DNA from: an uncultured Desulfarculus sp. | GTDB taxonomy: Bacteria; Desulfobacterota; Desulfarculia; Desulfarculales; Desulfarculaceae | Reading direction: 5' to 3' | NCBI GenBank assembly: GCA_963665125.2 | Contig: CAXXUK010000001.1 | Coordinates: 256,001 to 320,000 of the forward strand | Length of the DNA: 64,000 bases | Part shown: positions 40,192 through 49,065 of the stretch, in pieces | How positions within the stretch are numbered: position 1 is the stretch's first letter | How the letters are laid out: each line of letters begins with the position of its first letter | Made by a program: the position numbers and the translations under genes | Notes under the pieces: model-generated | The model's input: only the letters and a program-made list of their open reading frames with translations | Database searches by the model: none | What the model was told of the DNA's origin: nothing

Positions 40192-41475
40192 ATGGGGACT
40201 ACGATGGGCAATGGTAAAGACTTGAAGCGGAAGGTGGGCCGGTTTTCGGCATGGTATATCCTGACAATCTGCACCCTCCTTTACATGGTCAACTATGTGG
40301 ACCGTCAGGTGTTGTCCATCACCGTCATCGACATCCAGCGCGATCTGGGCCTTGACGACACCCAGGTCGGGATCATCCAGACCACGTTCTTCATGAGCAT
40401 GGCCTTGTTCGCTTTCCCGGCGGCGTACCTGGCCGACCGCTGGAGCCGCAAAAAAAGCATCGCCGTGATGGCCATCATCTGGAGCGCCTTCACCTACATC
40501 ACCGGCCTGGGCAAGAGCTTTCTGGGCGTGCTGGTGCCACGGTCTTTGGTGGGCATCGGCGAGGCCGGCTTCACCTCTGGCGGCATACCGATGATCGCCG
40601 CGGCCTTTCCCGAGGAAAAACGGGGCCGGGCAATGGGCATTTTCAATATGGCCATCCCCATCGGCTCGGCCATCGGGATGCTTCTGGGCGGGGTAATCTC
40701 CAAGGCCTGGGGATGGCGGATGGCCTTTTTCATCTTTGCCGTGCCAGGGGTCATCCTGGGCATCCTGGCCCTGTTCATGAAAGACTATTCGGTCCAGGCG
40801 GTCCCTCAGGAGGCAGGCCCCAGGATAAACATCTTCAAGGCCGCGGCGGCCCTGCTGCGCATCCCGACTCTGCGCTGGCTCTACCTGGGGTTCGCCATGC
40901 AAAACATCACCTTGTTTTCGTTTCTGACCTGGTCTCCGGCGTTCATCATGCGCACCGAGGATTGCAGCGCATCCCAGGCGGGCATGACCGTGGGCATCAT
41001 CGCCATCATGGCCATCTTGGGCTCAATTGTAGGCGGGTTCATCGCCGACCACTGGCAAAAGCGCAACGATAAAGGCCGCATGCTTACGGCATCCATCGGC
41101 CTGTTGGCGGCCTCGGTGCTGTTGGTTATAAGCGTGTGGCTGGACCTGGCCGGTCCCGGCTTTGTAGTCGGCATTTTCTACGGCATAGCCTCGGTGGTGC
41201 CGATCCCGGCTGTCACCGCCGTGACCCAGGACGTGGCGCCGGATAATATGAAAAGCGTGTCCTGGGGCATGAACGCGTTTTGTTGCTATGTGCTGGGCGG
41301 GGCCTGGGCGCCGATGATCGTGGGCGCCATATCCGACGGGTTGGGGGGCGGAGCCCACGGGTTAAAGATAGGCCTGTTGATTTCCACCATCGGGGCCTTT
41401 GTCGGGGCGGTGTTCTATTGGTTCAGCGCCCGCCACTATGCCGTTGATCAGCGTAACGCCAGGAACAACCCCTAG
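40192..41475 (+). CDS. MFS transporter (Spinster-like)
   Basis: NYVDRQ, LADRWSRKK, RSLVGIGEA, about 12 TM. Confidence 0.92.
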   Translation: MGTTMGNGKDLKRKVGRFSAWYILTICTLLYMVNYVDRQVLSITVIDIQRDLGLDDTQVGIIQTTFFMSMALFAFPAAYLADRWSRKKSIAVMAIIWSAFTYITGLGKSFLGVLVPRSLVGIGEAGFTSGGIPMIAAAFPEEKRGRAMGIFNMAIPIGSAIGMLLGGVISKAWGWRMAFFIFAVPGVILGILALFMKDYSVQAVPQEAGPRINIFKAAAALLRIPTLRWLYLGFAMQNITLFSFLTWSPAFIMRTEDCSASQAGMTVGIIAIMAILGSIVGGFIADHWQKRNDKGRMLTASIGLLAASVLLVISVWLDLAGPGFVVGIFYGIASVVPIPAVTAVTQDVAPDNMKSVSWGMNAFCCYVLGGAWAPMIVGAISDGLGGGAHGLKIGLLISTIGAFVGAVFYWFSARHYAVDQRNARNNP

Positions 41476-41588
41476 ACGGTGCTGTTGGCGCGGCATGCCG
41501 CATGGCAGCGGACTCGGCGGCCATTGCTGAAACGGTAGGAAACTTGATTAAAGAGATGTTGTAGGAGGTGCAAGTATTTAGTAGCAGG

Positions 41589-42242
41589 TTATCCGGGGCC
41601 CAACATGCTTTCGCAGAGCCGCACCAACACCTGCAGTATTTTGCGCTCGTCCATGCGCTCCTGCTCCGGCTTGAAGCTGTTTTTATATAAAAATTGGAAT
41701 ACCTCATGGATGGAGCGGCTCATCACGCAGACCACCTCGTCCAGGTCGCCGGGGCACTGGTCCTGGTGGGATTCCCTCAGCCAGTCACGCAGGGCCTCCA
41801 CCTCCTTGTTTTCCCAGTAGTCGTGGATCTCGGCGGCCTGGGGGTTCATGTGGACGAACTTGTTCATCTCCAGGTTCAACTTGCCGTGACGGCTGTGGGC
41901 CGCCCACATTCGGGGGATCATTTCCCCCATGCACTGTTGGACGCTCATGGCCTTGTCCCGGATTTCGGCCATGAAATCCTGGGTCATCTCATAACTGTTT
42001 CTGGAGCGCTGTTCCATGAGGGTCAGGAACATCTCTTCCTTGTTTTTGAAGTGGGCGTATAGCCCGCCCACGGAGATGCCCGACCGTTCGGCTATCAAGT
42101 GCGTGGTGGTCTCGTCAAAGCCATATTCGGTGAATAGATCATAGGCGGCCTGAAGAATTTTGGCCCTGGTCTGCACGGAGCGTTTTTGCCGGGGTTTTTT
42201 AATATCGAGCTTTTTCGCCGGGCTGCCCATCACCGTCATCAA
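41589..42242 (-). CDS. TetR/AcrR family regulator
   Basis: QKRSVQTRAKIL...GFDETTTHLIAERSGISVGGLYAHFKNKE. Confidence 0.93.
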   Translation of the reverse strand: MMTVMGSPAKKLDIKKPRQKRSVQTRAKILQAAYDLFTEYGFDETTTHLIAERSGISVGGLYAHFKNKEEMFLTLMEQRSRNSYEMTQDFMAEIRDKAMSVQQCMGEMIPRMWAAHSRHGKLNLEMNKFVHMNPQAAEIHDYWENKEVEALRDWLRESHQDQCPGDLDEVVCVMSRSIHEVFQFLYKNSFKPEQERMDERKILQVLVRLCESMLGPG

Positions 42243-42345
42243 TTTCCCCTGAGATATTCAATGCAACCAAGTTCGGCATTTCTTGTTTTTCATCTTATGG
42301 TTTTGCTGGGACCTATCACTACCAGAAAAAGCCGCAATGGTCAAT

Positions 42346-42398
42346 CCGAACTAGACGTCGGTTTTTTGGTTGACAAAACCGAATACGACGTCGTATTT
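42346..42398. promoter_or_regulatory. Two candidate TetR operators flanking a TTGACA -35 element
   Basis: CCGAACTAGACGTCGGTTTT (42346-42365) and CCGAATACGACGTCGTATTT (42379-42398); the second contains the perfect palindrome AATACGACGTCGTATT; TTGACA at 42370. Confidence 0.7.
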
Positions 42399-42465
42399 GT
42401 ATACATGTGGTGCGAAACCGCGTGAACCCAAGCAACCAAATCTCGAACTTCGAGCGGGGATGAAT

Positions 42466-44244
42466 ATGAGCAAACAAATTATCGATTCGGATGTATTGGT
42501 CATCGGCGGCGGCGGCGCGGGCTTCCGGGCGGCCATCGGCGCGGCTGAAAAAGGCTGTTCCACGGTGATGATCAGCAAGGGCCCCCTGGCCCGCTGCGGG
42601 GCCTCGCCCATGGCCGGGGCCGACTTCACCCTGGACGGCAGGAGCATGAGCCGGATAGACGGCCTGACCGGCGACCCCAGCGACAGCCCGGAAAAGGCCA
42701 TGAACGACATCGTCACCCAGGGCTTTTATCTCAACAATCAGAAGATCGTGGAGCAATACCTCCGCGTCGCCCCCCAATGCCTGCAAGAGCTGATCGACTG
42801 GGGCATCCAGATCAAGGCCGCGGACGAACGGATGGTCTTCACCTCGGGCATCGGCATCATGGACGCCCTGCATAAAAAGGCCCGCAGCGCCGGGGTGACT
42901 TTCCAGGAAGACGTGGCCGTTTTGGATCTGGTGGTCGAGGACGGCCAGGTGGTCGGGGCGCTGGGCCTGGATATCCGCGGCGGCCAGTTCATCCACTTCC
43001 GCGCCAGGGCCGTGGTCATGGCCACCGGCGGCTGGCACAAGGCCTTCTGGCCCAACACGGGCATGCGCGATCTGGCCGGCGAGGGCATGGCCATGGCCTT
43101 CCGGGCCGGGGCCCAATTGGGCAACCTGGAGTTCATCACCTTTTGCTGCAATGTGTTCTACCAGCCCCAGATCTGGCGGGGCAGCCTGGCGCCGTATCTG
43201 ATGACCCTGATGGTGGGCGGCGAGATGGTCAACAGCGCCGGAGAGAGGTTCCTGGAAAAATACGACCCCTTTGTGGTCAAAACCGGCACCTTCACCGAAT
43301 GGAACAAGAGCATTTTGTCCATCACCAGCCGCCTGGAGGCCCTGGACGGCAAGGGCCTGGCCAACGGCGGCGTGGGCTTCCGCCGGGGACGGACCAAATG
43401 GGAAGACGTGGAGTTCATCGCCCAATTGATGTTCCCCAAGTGGAAATACAAGGCCATTGATCTTGCGCCCTGGGCCGAGATGCTAAGAAACAACGAAATC
43501 GCCGAGGTCGGCCCGGCGGTGGAATACTTTGACGGCGGAATCGTGATCGACGAGCACATGCGCACAACTCTGCCCGGCCTGTTCGCCGCCGGCGAGGTCA
43601 CCCTGGGCGCATTCGGGGCCAACCGTGTATTTGCTGCCATCACCGAGATGCTGGTCCACGGCGCCGAGGCCGGAGACAATGCCGCGGCCTACGCCAGGCA
43701 GACCCAGGCGCCGTTGCCCGATGCCGCGGCCTTTGAGCCTCTGGAGCAAAAGGCCCTGGCGCCCCTGGCCAACCAGGGCGGCCTGCGGGTGGCCGATGTG
43801 CGCCGGGGCATGCAGACCATGGCCCATGAACTGCTGGGGCCGGTCCGGGACGAAACCGGCCTGCAAAAGCTTCGGGCCCAACTTGCCGAGATCAAAAACG
43901 AAAAGCTGGGCCGGATCCAGTTGCAGTCGGCAAGCCGCACCTACAACAAGGAATGGATCGACGCCATCGAACTGGGCAACATGCTCGGGCTATTGGAGAT
44001 GTCGGCCACCAGCGCCCTGGCCCGCACCGAGAGCAGGGGCGTGCATTACCGCCGGGACTTCCCCCATGCCGACAACGACAAGTGGCTGGCCGAGAGCGTC
44101 ATCGAGCCCACGGACAGCGGCTTCAACGTGGGCACCCGGCCGGTGACCGTGACGACCATGCCTTTGCCCGGCGGCAAGAGCCCGTACATGGATTACGTGA
44201 AGCATCTGATGGAATCCCGTTCGGACACGGCAGGCAAGCACTAA
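42466..44244 (+). CDS. Fumarate reductase/succinate dehydrogenase-family flavoprotein with non-canonical active site
   Basis: DVLVIGGGGAG, ATGG, GLFAAGE, GANR, RTESRGVHYRRDFP; start probably ATG 42460 or 42466. Confidence 0.88.
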   Translation: MSKQIIDSDVLVIGGGGAGFRAAIGAAEKGCSTVMISKGPLARCGASPMAGADFTLDGRSMSRIDGLTGDPSDSPEKAMNDIVTQGFYLNNQKIVEQYLRVAPQCLQELIDWGIQIKAADERMVFTSGIGIMDALHKKARSAGVTFQEDVAVLDLVVEDGQVVGALGLDIRGGQFIHFRARAVVMATGGWHKAFWPNTGMRDLAGEGMAMAFRAGAQLGNLEFITFCCNVFYQPQIWRGSLAPYLMTLMVGGEMVNSAGERFLEKYDPFVVKTGTFTEWNKSILSITSRLEALDGKGLANGGVGFRRGRTKWEDVEFIAQLMFPKWKYKAIDLAPWAEMLRNNEIAEVGPAVEYFDGGIVIDEHMRTTLPGLFAAGEVTLGAFGANRVFAAITEMLVHGAEAGDNAAAYARQTQAPLPDAAAFEPLEQKALAPLANQGGLRVADVRRGMQTMAHELLGPVRDETGLQKLRAQLAEIKNEKLGRIQLQSASRTYNKEWIDAIELGNMLGLLEMSATSALARTESRGVHYRRDFPHADNDKWLAESVIEPTDSGFNVGTRPVTVTTMPLPGGKSPYMDYVKHLMESRSDTAGKH

Positions 44245-44294
44245 CCAAATCAAACTCGGCGTCCCCGTAACGGACGCATGCTAGGGGGTATCAA

Positions 44295-45134
44295 ATGACC
44301 GCCAATAAAACGATCAATGTCGAAGTGTTCCGCTTTGACCCCAGCCAGGACCGGGAGCCCCGGTTCCAGACATATCAGGTGCCGTTGGAAGACGGCATGA
44401 GCGCCATGGACGCCCTGGATTACATCTACCAGAACCTGGACTCCACCCTGGCCTATTACGACCACGCCGGATGCGCCCTGGGCATCTGCGGCCGCTGCAC
44501 GGCCCGGATCAACGGCAAGCCCGGCCTGCTTTGCCAGACGCCCGTGAGCGACGACTTGAAGCTGGAGCCTCTGTCCCGGGACAAGGTGCTCAAGGACCTG
44601 GTCTGCGTAAAGCCTAAAAAAGAGGCCCAGGCCGCCGACGATTCAGACCTGGAACTGGCAAAGGAGCCGGACATCAACGATGTGCCGATTATCGTGCGCC
44701 GGGAGATCGAGGCCCTCATCGCCGCGCCGCTGATCAATGCATACATGGAGGAGTTCGGTGGGGAAAAGGCCCTGGCCGTGGCCCGCAAGGTCATCGCCGA
44801 TCTGGCCATGGACAGCGGCAAGCTGCTGGCCGCCTTTGCCGGGGGCAACACCATGGAGCATCTCAACCGGGCTCTGCCGCTGTTCAGCCAGGGAGGGGCC
44901 TTGGAGATCGAGGTTGTCGAGACCGGCGCGACCCAGGCCAAGGTCAACATAACCCGCTGCCGCTACGCCGAGATGTACCGTGAATACGGCCTGGAGGACA
45001 TGGGCTTTTTGCTTTCCTGCGGCCGGGACTTCGACCTTATCGAGGGCTTCAACCCCAAGATCAAGCTCAAGCGCAGCCAGACCATCATGCAGGGCGCGGA
45101 ATACTGCGACTTCCGCTTTGTAACCGAAGAATAG
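44295..45134 (+). CDS. Fusion: SdhB/FrdB-type 2Fe-2S domain + L-2-amino-thiazoline-4-carboxylate (ATC) hydrolase-like domain
   Basis: N-terminal VFRFDP...DALDYI...CALGICGRC..INGKPGLLC; C-terminal RREIEA, TRCRYAEMY, LSCGRD, RSQTIMQGAEYCDFRF. Confidence 0.82.
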   Translation: MTANKTINVEVFRFDPSQDREPRFQTYQVPLEDGMSAMDALDYIYQNLDSTLAYYDHAGCALGICGRCTARINGKPGLLCQTPVSDDLKLEPLSRDKVLKDLVCVKPKKEAQAADDSDLELAKEPDINDVPIIVRREIEALIAAPLINAYMEEFGGEKALAVARKVIADLAMDSGKLLAAFAGGNTMEHLNRALPLFSQGGALEIEVVETGATQAKVNITRCRYAEMYREYGLEDMGFLLSCGRDFDLIEGFNPKIKLKRSQTIMQGAEYCDFRFVTEE

Positions 45135-45149
45135 CCGGCCAAAGCGAGG

Positions 45150-46466
45150 GTGCATATGACATACGACATTGATCCGGTGCGGCTGCTGGCCGACTACCTG
45201 CGCATCGACACCTCAAACCCGCCGGGCGACGAAGCCGAAGCCGCCCGTTTTCTGGGCCGGGTCCTGGCCCAGGCGGGGATCGAATCCAAGACCTATGAAT
45301 CGGCGCCGGGACGCTTGTCCCTGCGGGCCGAGATCAAAGGCGGCGGCCAACAAAAGCCGCTGATCCTGCTCAACCACATGGACGTGGTGCCCGCCGACAG
45401 GAGCCAGTGGAGCTTTGATCCTTTTGGCGGCGCTATCATCGACGGATTCGTCTGCGGCCGGGGGGCCCTGGACATGAAAAACATCGGCGTCATGCAGCTG
45501 TTGGCCTTGATAGACCTGAAACGCCGGGGCCTAAGGCCGGACCGCGACGTGGTCTTTCTGGCCGTGGCCGACGAGGAAGAGGGCGGCGGCCTGGGAGCCA
45601 AGTGGCTGCTGGAAAACCACGCGGCGGATTTCCGGGCCTCGCTGGTGCTCAACGAAGGCGGCTTCGGCATCGAGGGCATGCTGCCGGGCCGCCCGCTGAT
45701 GATGATCAGCGCCGCTGAAAAGGGCCTGTGCTGGCTCAAGCTCCATTGCCATGGCCAGGCGGGCCACGGCTCCATGCCCGGCCCGGAAAACCCGGCCGCC
45801 GAGCTGGTGGCCGCCGTGGCCCGTGTATTGGCCGATCCGGCCCCGGTTCGGATTACCCCCATCGTCTCCGAATATTTTCTGAGCCTGGCCAAGGTTCTGG
45901 ATTTGCTTGAGCCCTTTCGGAAAAATCCGTTGCCCGAAGTGCTTCTGGCGCTGTTGGAGCAAAGCGGACTCATCGGCCTGCCCCAGATCGGGGCCATGGT
46001 TCGCAACACCATAAGCCTCACCGTGCTGGAGGCCGGCCGCAAGACAAACGTGATCCCGGACAAGGCAACCGTTCACCTGGACGGACGTCTGCTGCCCGGC
46101 CAGAACGGTGAGAAGTTCATCGAAACCATCAGGCAAAAGCTGGCCGAGCCCAAGATCGAAATCGAAAAGATCACCGTGGACGAGGCCAGCCAGTCGCCGT
46201 GGCAGGGCGGAGGCTACCAGGTAATCGCCGATGTCCTTGGCGAGGCTTTCCCCGATGCCGTTGTCGCGCCGTCTTTGATGCCCGGCACCAGCGACTCGCG
46301 GTTTTTCCGTTACCAAGGCATCGATTCCTACGGCTTTTGCCCGGTGGTCATCCCCGCCGGGCACCTGGCCATGATCCACGGGGTGGACGAAAAGATTTCA
46401 GCGGAAAACATGACCAGGGGAACCGCTGTCTACAACCAACTGGTCAAAACCCTCACCGGCACATAA
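45150..46466 (+). CDS. M20 metallohydrolase (aminoacylase-like)
   Basis: DTSNPPGDE, NHMDVVP, GRGALDMK, DEEEGG, NEGG, GHGS, HGVDE. Confidence 0.92.
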   Translation: MHMTYDIDPVRLLADYLRIDTSNPPGDEAEAARFLGRVLAQAGIESKTYESAPGRLSLRAEIKGGGQQKPLILLNHMDVVPADRSQWSFDPFGGAIIDGFVCGRGALDMKNIGVMQLLALIDLKRRGLRPDRDVVFLAVADEEEGGGLGAKWLLENHAADFRASLVLNEGGFGIEGMLPGRPLMMISAAEKGLCWLKLHCHGQAGHGSMPGPENPAAELVAAVARVLADPAPVRITPIVSEYFLSLAKVLDLLEPFRKNPLPEVLLALLEQSGLIGLPQIGAMVRNTISLTVLEAGRKTNVIPDKATVHLDGRLLPGQNGEKFIETIRQKLAEPKIEIEKITVDEASQSPWQGGGYQVIADVLGEAFPDAVVAPSLMPGTSDSRFFRYQGIDSYGFCPVVIPAGHLAMIHGVDEKISAENMTRGTAVYNQLVKTLTGT

Positions 46467-46475
46467 GGAACAGTC

Positions 46476-47693
46476 ATGGCTGAAAAAGGTTTTATGGAAA
46501 AAATGAAGTCCATCGGCCCGGCGGCCATATTGGCGGCCTGCTCCATGGGTCCCGGCACCGTGGCCTCCTGCATGCTTGGTGGTTCGGTGGAGGGCTACAA
46601 CCTGCTTTGGCTGGTGGCCCTCAGCGGATTCCTCTGCGCCGTGGTTTCCCTGGCCGGGGGCAGGGTCTACGCCGTCACCGGCAAGACGGGCTATGACCTG
46701 ATTCTCGGGACCATGGGCAAATGGATCACCTATCCGGTGTTCATCTGGATGGCCCTTGCCGGATTCTTTGTTTTGGCCTCGGAGGGCAAACTCATGGCCC
46801 ACACAACGGCCATGATGTTTCCCAACATAAGCCCCACGGTCAACGACTGGGTCTTGCTACCGGTGCTGGTGGTGGCCGCGGCGGTCATCTTCTCCTTCGG
46901 CTTCAAGCGGGTGGTGCAGCTTTGCTCGATCATGGTGGCGGTCATGGCGGCCCTGTTTTTGGCCAACATCTTCCTGGTGCATATCGATCCCGTCGGGTTC
47001 GCCGAGGGCCTGATTCCCGCCCTTCCCACCGACAAGACCGGAATGCTGGCCCTGGGCGGGATCATGGGTGGTTCGGCCTCGGGCATAGTGGCCATCGGCT
47101 ATTCCTATCTGGTGCGCAACAAGGGCTGGAACGGAGTCGAATTCATCGGGCGGATGACCAGGGACCAGATCGTGTTTTCGGGCATAGCCTTTGGCGTGTT
47201 CTCGGTTGGGGTATACGTAACGGCGGCGGCGGTGTTGCACCCCCAGGGCATTGCCGTCAACTCGGCCATTGACGCGGCCCAAAGCCTGGAACCACTGGTG
47301 GGTTCGCTGTCCAAGTGGCTGTTCCTGCTGGGCCTTTTCGGGGCGATTTTCACCACCCTGGGCGCCCTGGCCACGGTGCAGGGCTATTTCATAGCCGACA
47401 TGCTGGGAATCCCGGCCGACCTCAATAATAAGAAATTCCGCACGCTGATCTTCTGTAGCATCCTCGTGGGGATGCTGGGGCCGTGGCTCAGCGGCCTGCC
47501 GGCCATGCGCTACATCGTATTCGCCATGGTCATATTTCTGTTGATCGGTCCGGCGGTATTGGCGTTCTATTTATACATAGGCAACAAGGCTGGCGTGATG
47601 GGCGAACACAAGTACTCCTGGTTCATCAATATCGTGCTGGTCATCGCCTTCATCCTCAACTGCATCGGCTCGGCCGCCGTATTCATGAAATAA
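46476..47693 (+). CDS. NRAMP-related transporter
   Basis: IGPAAILAACSMGPGT, GYNLLW, LFLLGLFGA; 11-12 TM; lacks the DPGN motif. Confidence 0.8.
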   Translation: MAEKGFMEKMKSIGPAAILAACSMGPGTVASCMLGGSVEGYNLLWLVALSGFLCAVVSLAGGRVYAVTGKTGYDLILGTMGKWITYPVFIWMALAGFFVLASEGKLMAHTTAMMFPNISPTVNDWVLLPVLVVAAAVIFSFGFKRVVQLCSIMVAVMAALFLANIFLVHIDPVGFAEGLIPALPTDKTGMLALGGIMGGSASGIVAIGYSYLVRNKGWNGVEFIGRMTRDQIVFSGIAFGVFSVGVYVTAAAVLHPQGIAVNSAIDAAQSLEPLVGSLSKWLFLLGLFGAIFTTLGALATVQGYFIADMLGIPADLNNKKFRTLIFCSILVGMLGPWLSGLPAMRYIVFAMVIFLLIGPAVLAFYLYIGNKAGVMGEHKYSWFINIVLVIAFILNCIGSAAVFMK

Positions 47694-47724
47694 CGGCAAC
47701 CGGACTGTTAGGAGACGACACTAA

Positions 47725-49056
47725 ATGGGCTACACAGCCAAAGACGTCCTGAATATCCAGGTGGCCCCGGCCCTGGGCTGCACCGAACCGGCGGCCATAG
47801 CCCTGGGCGCGGCGGCGGCCGCGTCTCTGCTGCCAAAGGGAGCGGAGGTGGATTCCATTGAGGTATGGGTGGACCCCAATGTTTACAAAAACGGCCTGGC
47901 CGTGGCCATTCCCGGGGCCGAGGGCATGCATGGACTGGATTTGGCCGCTGCCTTGGGCGCCCTGGGCGGCGATCCGTCGCTGATGCTGGAGGTTCTGGAG
48001 CCCATTGATGAAAAGTGCGTCTCCGAGGCCCGCCGGTTCGCTGGAGAAGGCAAGGTAAAGGTCGACATCCTGGCCGATCGTCATGGCCTGTACGTCAAGT
48101 CGCTGGTCAAGGCGGGCGGACACGAGGCCTTGTCGGTCATCGAGAAGCTGCACGACAACCTGGTCACGCTGGCCCTGGACAACGGGGAAATTGCCGAACA
48201 CCCCCTGTTGGCCCGCAGGCGGGAACAGGGCGGCGATGCCGCCGGCGACCTGGAGGAATGGCTGCGCGGCCTGAACCTGGACCAGTTGATGGAGCTGACC
48301 GATGAACTGGACGGCGATGACTTGGCCTTTTTGCAGGAAGGCCTGGACGTCAACCTGCGCCTGGCCGAATACGGCCTCAAGCACGGGCCGGGCCTGGGCA
48401 TCGGCAAGGCCCTGGAGCGGCTGGTGAGGCAGAACCTGATCAAACGGGACATGGTCCTGGCGGCACGCATGACGGCCTCGGCTGCCGCCGACGCTCGGAT
48501 GTCCGGGGCCAAGCTGCCGGCCATGAGTTCTGCGGGCAGCGGCAATCACGGCCTGACTGCCGTGTTGCCCATCGCCGCCGTCAGTGAATACATCGACTGC
48601 ACCAGGGAGCAAAAACTGCGGGCCATCGCCCTGAGCCACTTTGTCACGGCCTATGTCAAGGCCCACACCGGACGACTCTCGGCGGTGTGCGGCTGCTCCA
48701 TCGCCGCCGGGGCCGGGGCGGCCGCCGGCACGACATACCTGCTGGGCGGCACGGCGGCCCAGATAGCCGCGGCGGTGACCAACCTCATCGAAGACCTGGC
48801 CGGGGTGATCTGCGACGGCGCCAAGACGGCCTGTAGTCTCAAACTGGCCACGGCGGCCGGTACAGCCGTGCAGGCGGCCTTGCTGGCCGTGCAGGGCATC
48901 TGCGTGCGGCCCACCGACGGAATCGCCGGAGACTCCCTGGAACAGACCACCAAAAACATCGGTGAATTGAGCCGTGAGGGCATGGTCGAAACAGACCGGA
49001 CCATCCTGCACATAATGCTGAACAAGCGCTTTTCCGATTACGCAAGCCAGATCTAA
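47725..49056 (+). CDS. cyuA: Fe-S L-cysteine desulfidase (CyuA/YhaM, serine dehydratase alpha-like)
   Basis: PALGCTEP, KNG..V.IPG, DARMSG, MSSAGSGNHG, GRLSAVCGC, GVICDGAKTACSLK. Confidence 0.85.
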   Translation: MGYTAKDVLNIQVAPALGCTEPAAIALGAAAAASLLPKGAEVDSIEVWVDPNVYKNGLAVAIPGAEGMHGLDLAAALGALGGDPSLMLEVLEPIDEKCVSEARRFAGEGKVKVDILADRHGLYVKSLVKAGGHEALSVIEKLHDNLVTLALDNGEIAEHPLLARRREQGGDAAGDLEEWLRGLNLDQLMELTDELDGDDLAFLQEGLDVNLRLAEYGLKHGPGLGIGKALERLVRQNLIKRDMVLAARMTASAAADARMSGAKLPAMSSAGSGNHGLTAVLPIAAVSEYIDCTREQKLRAIALSHFVTAYVKAHTGRLSAVCGCSIAAGAGAAAGTTYLLGGTAAQIAAAVTNLIEDLAGVICDGAKTACSLKLATAAGTAVQAALLAVQGICVRPTDGIAGDSLEQTTKNIGELSREGMVETDRTILHIMLNKRFSDYASQI

Positions 49057-49065
49057 GGAGATGCA

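Noticed and set aside
42370..45134. Annotation as respiratory succinate dehydrogenase/fumarate reductase (sdhAB/frdAB)
   Set aside because: Catalytic motifs are altered, the Fe-S subunit lacks the 4Fe-4S/3Fe-4S domain and no membrane anchors are present.
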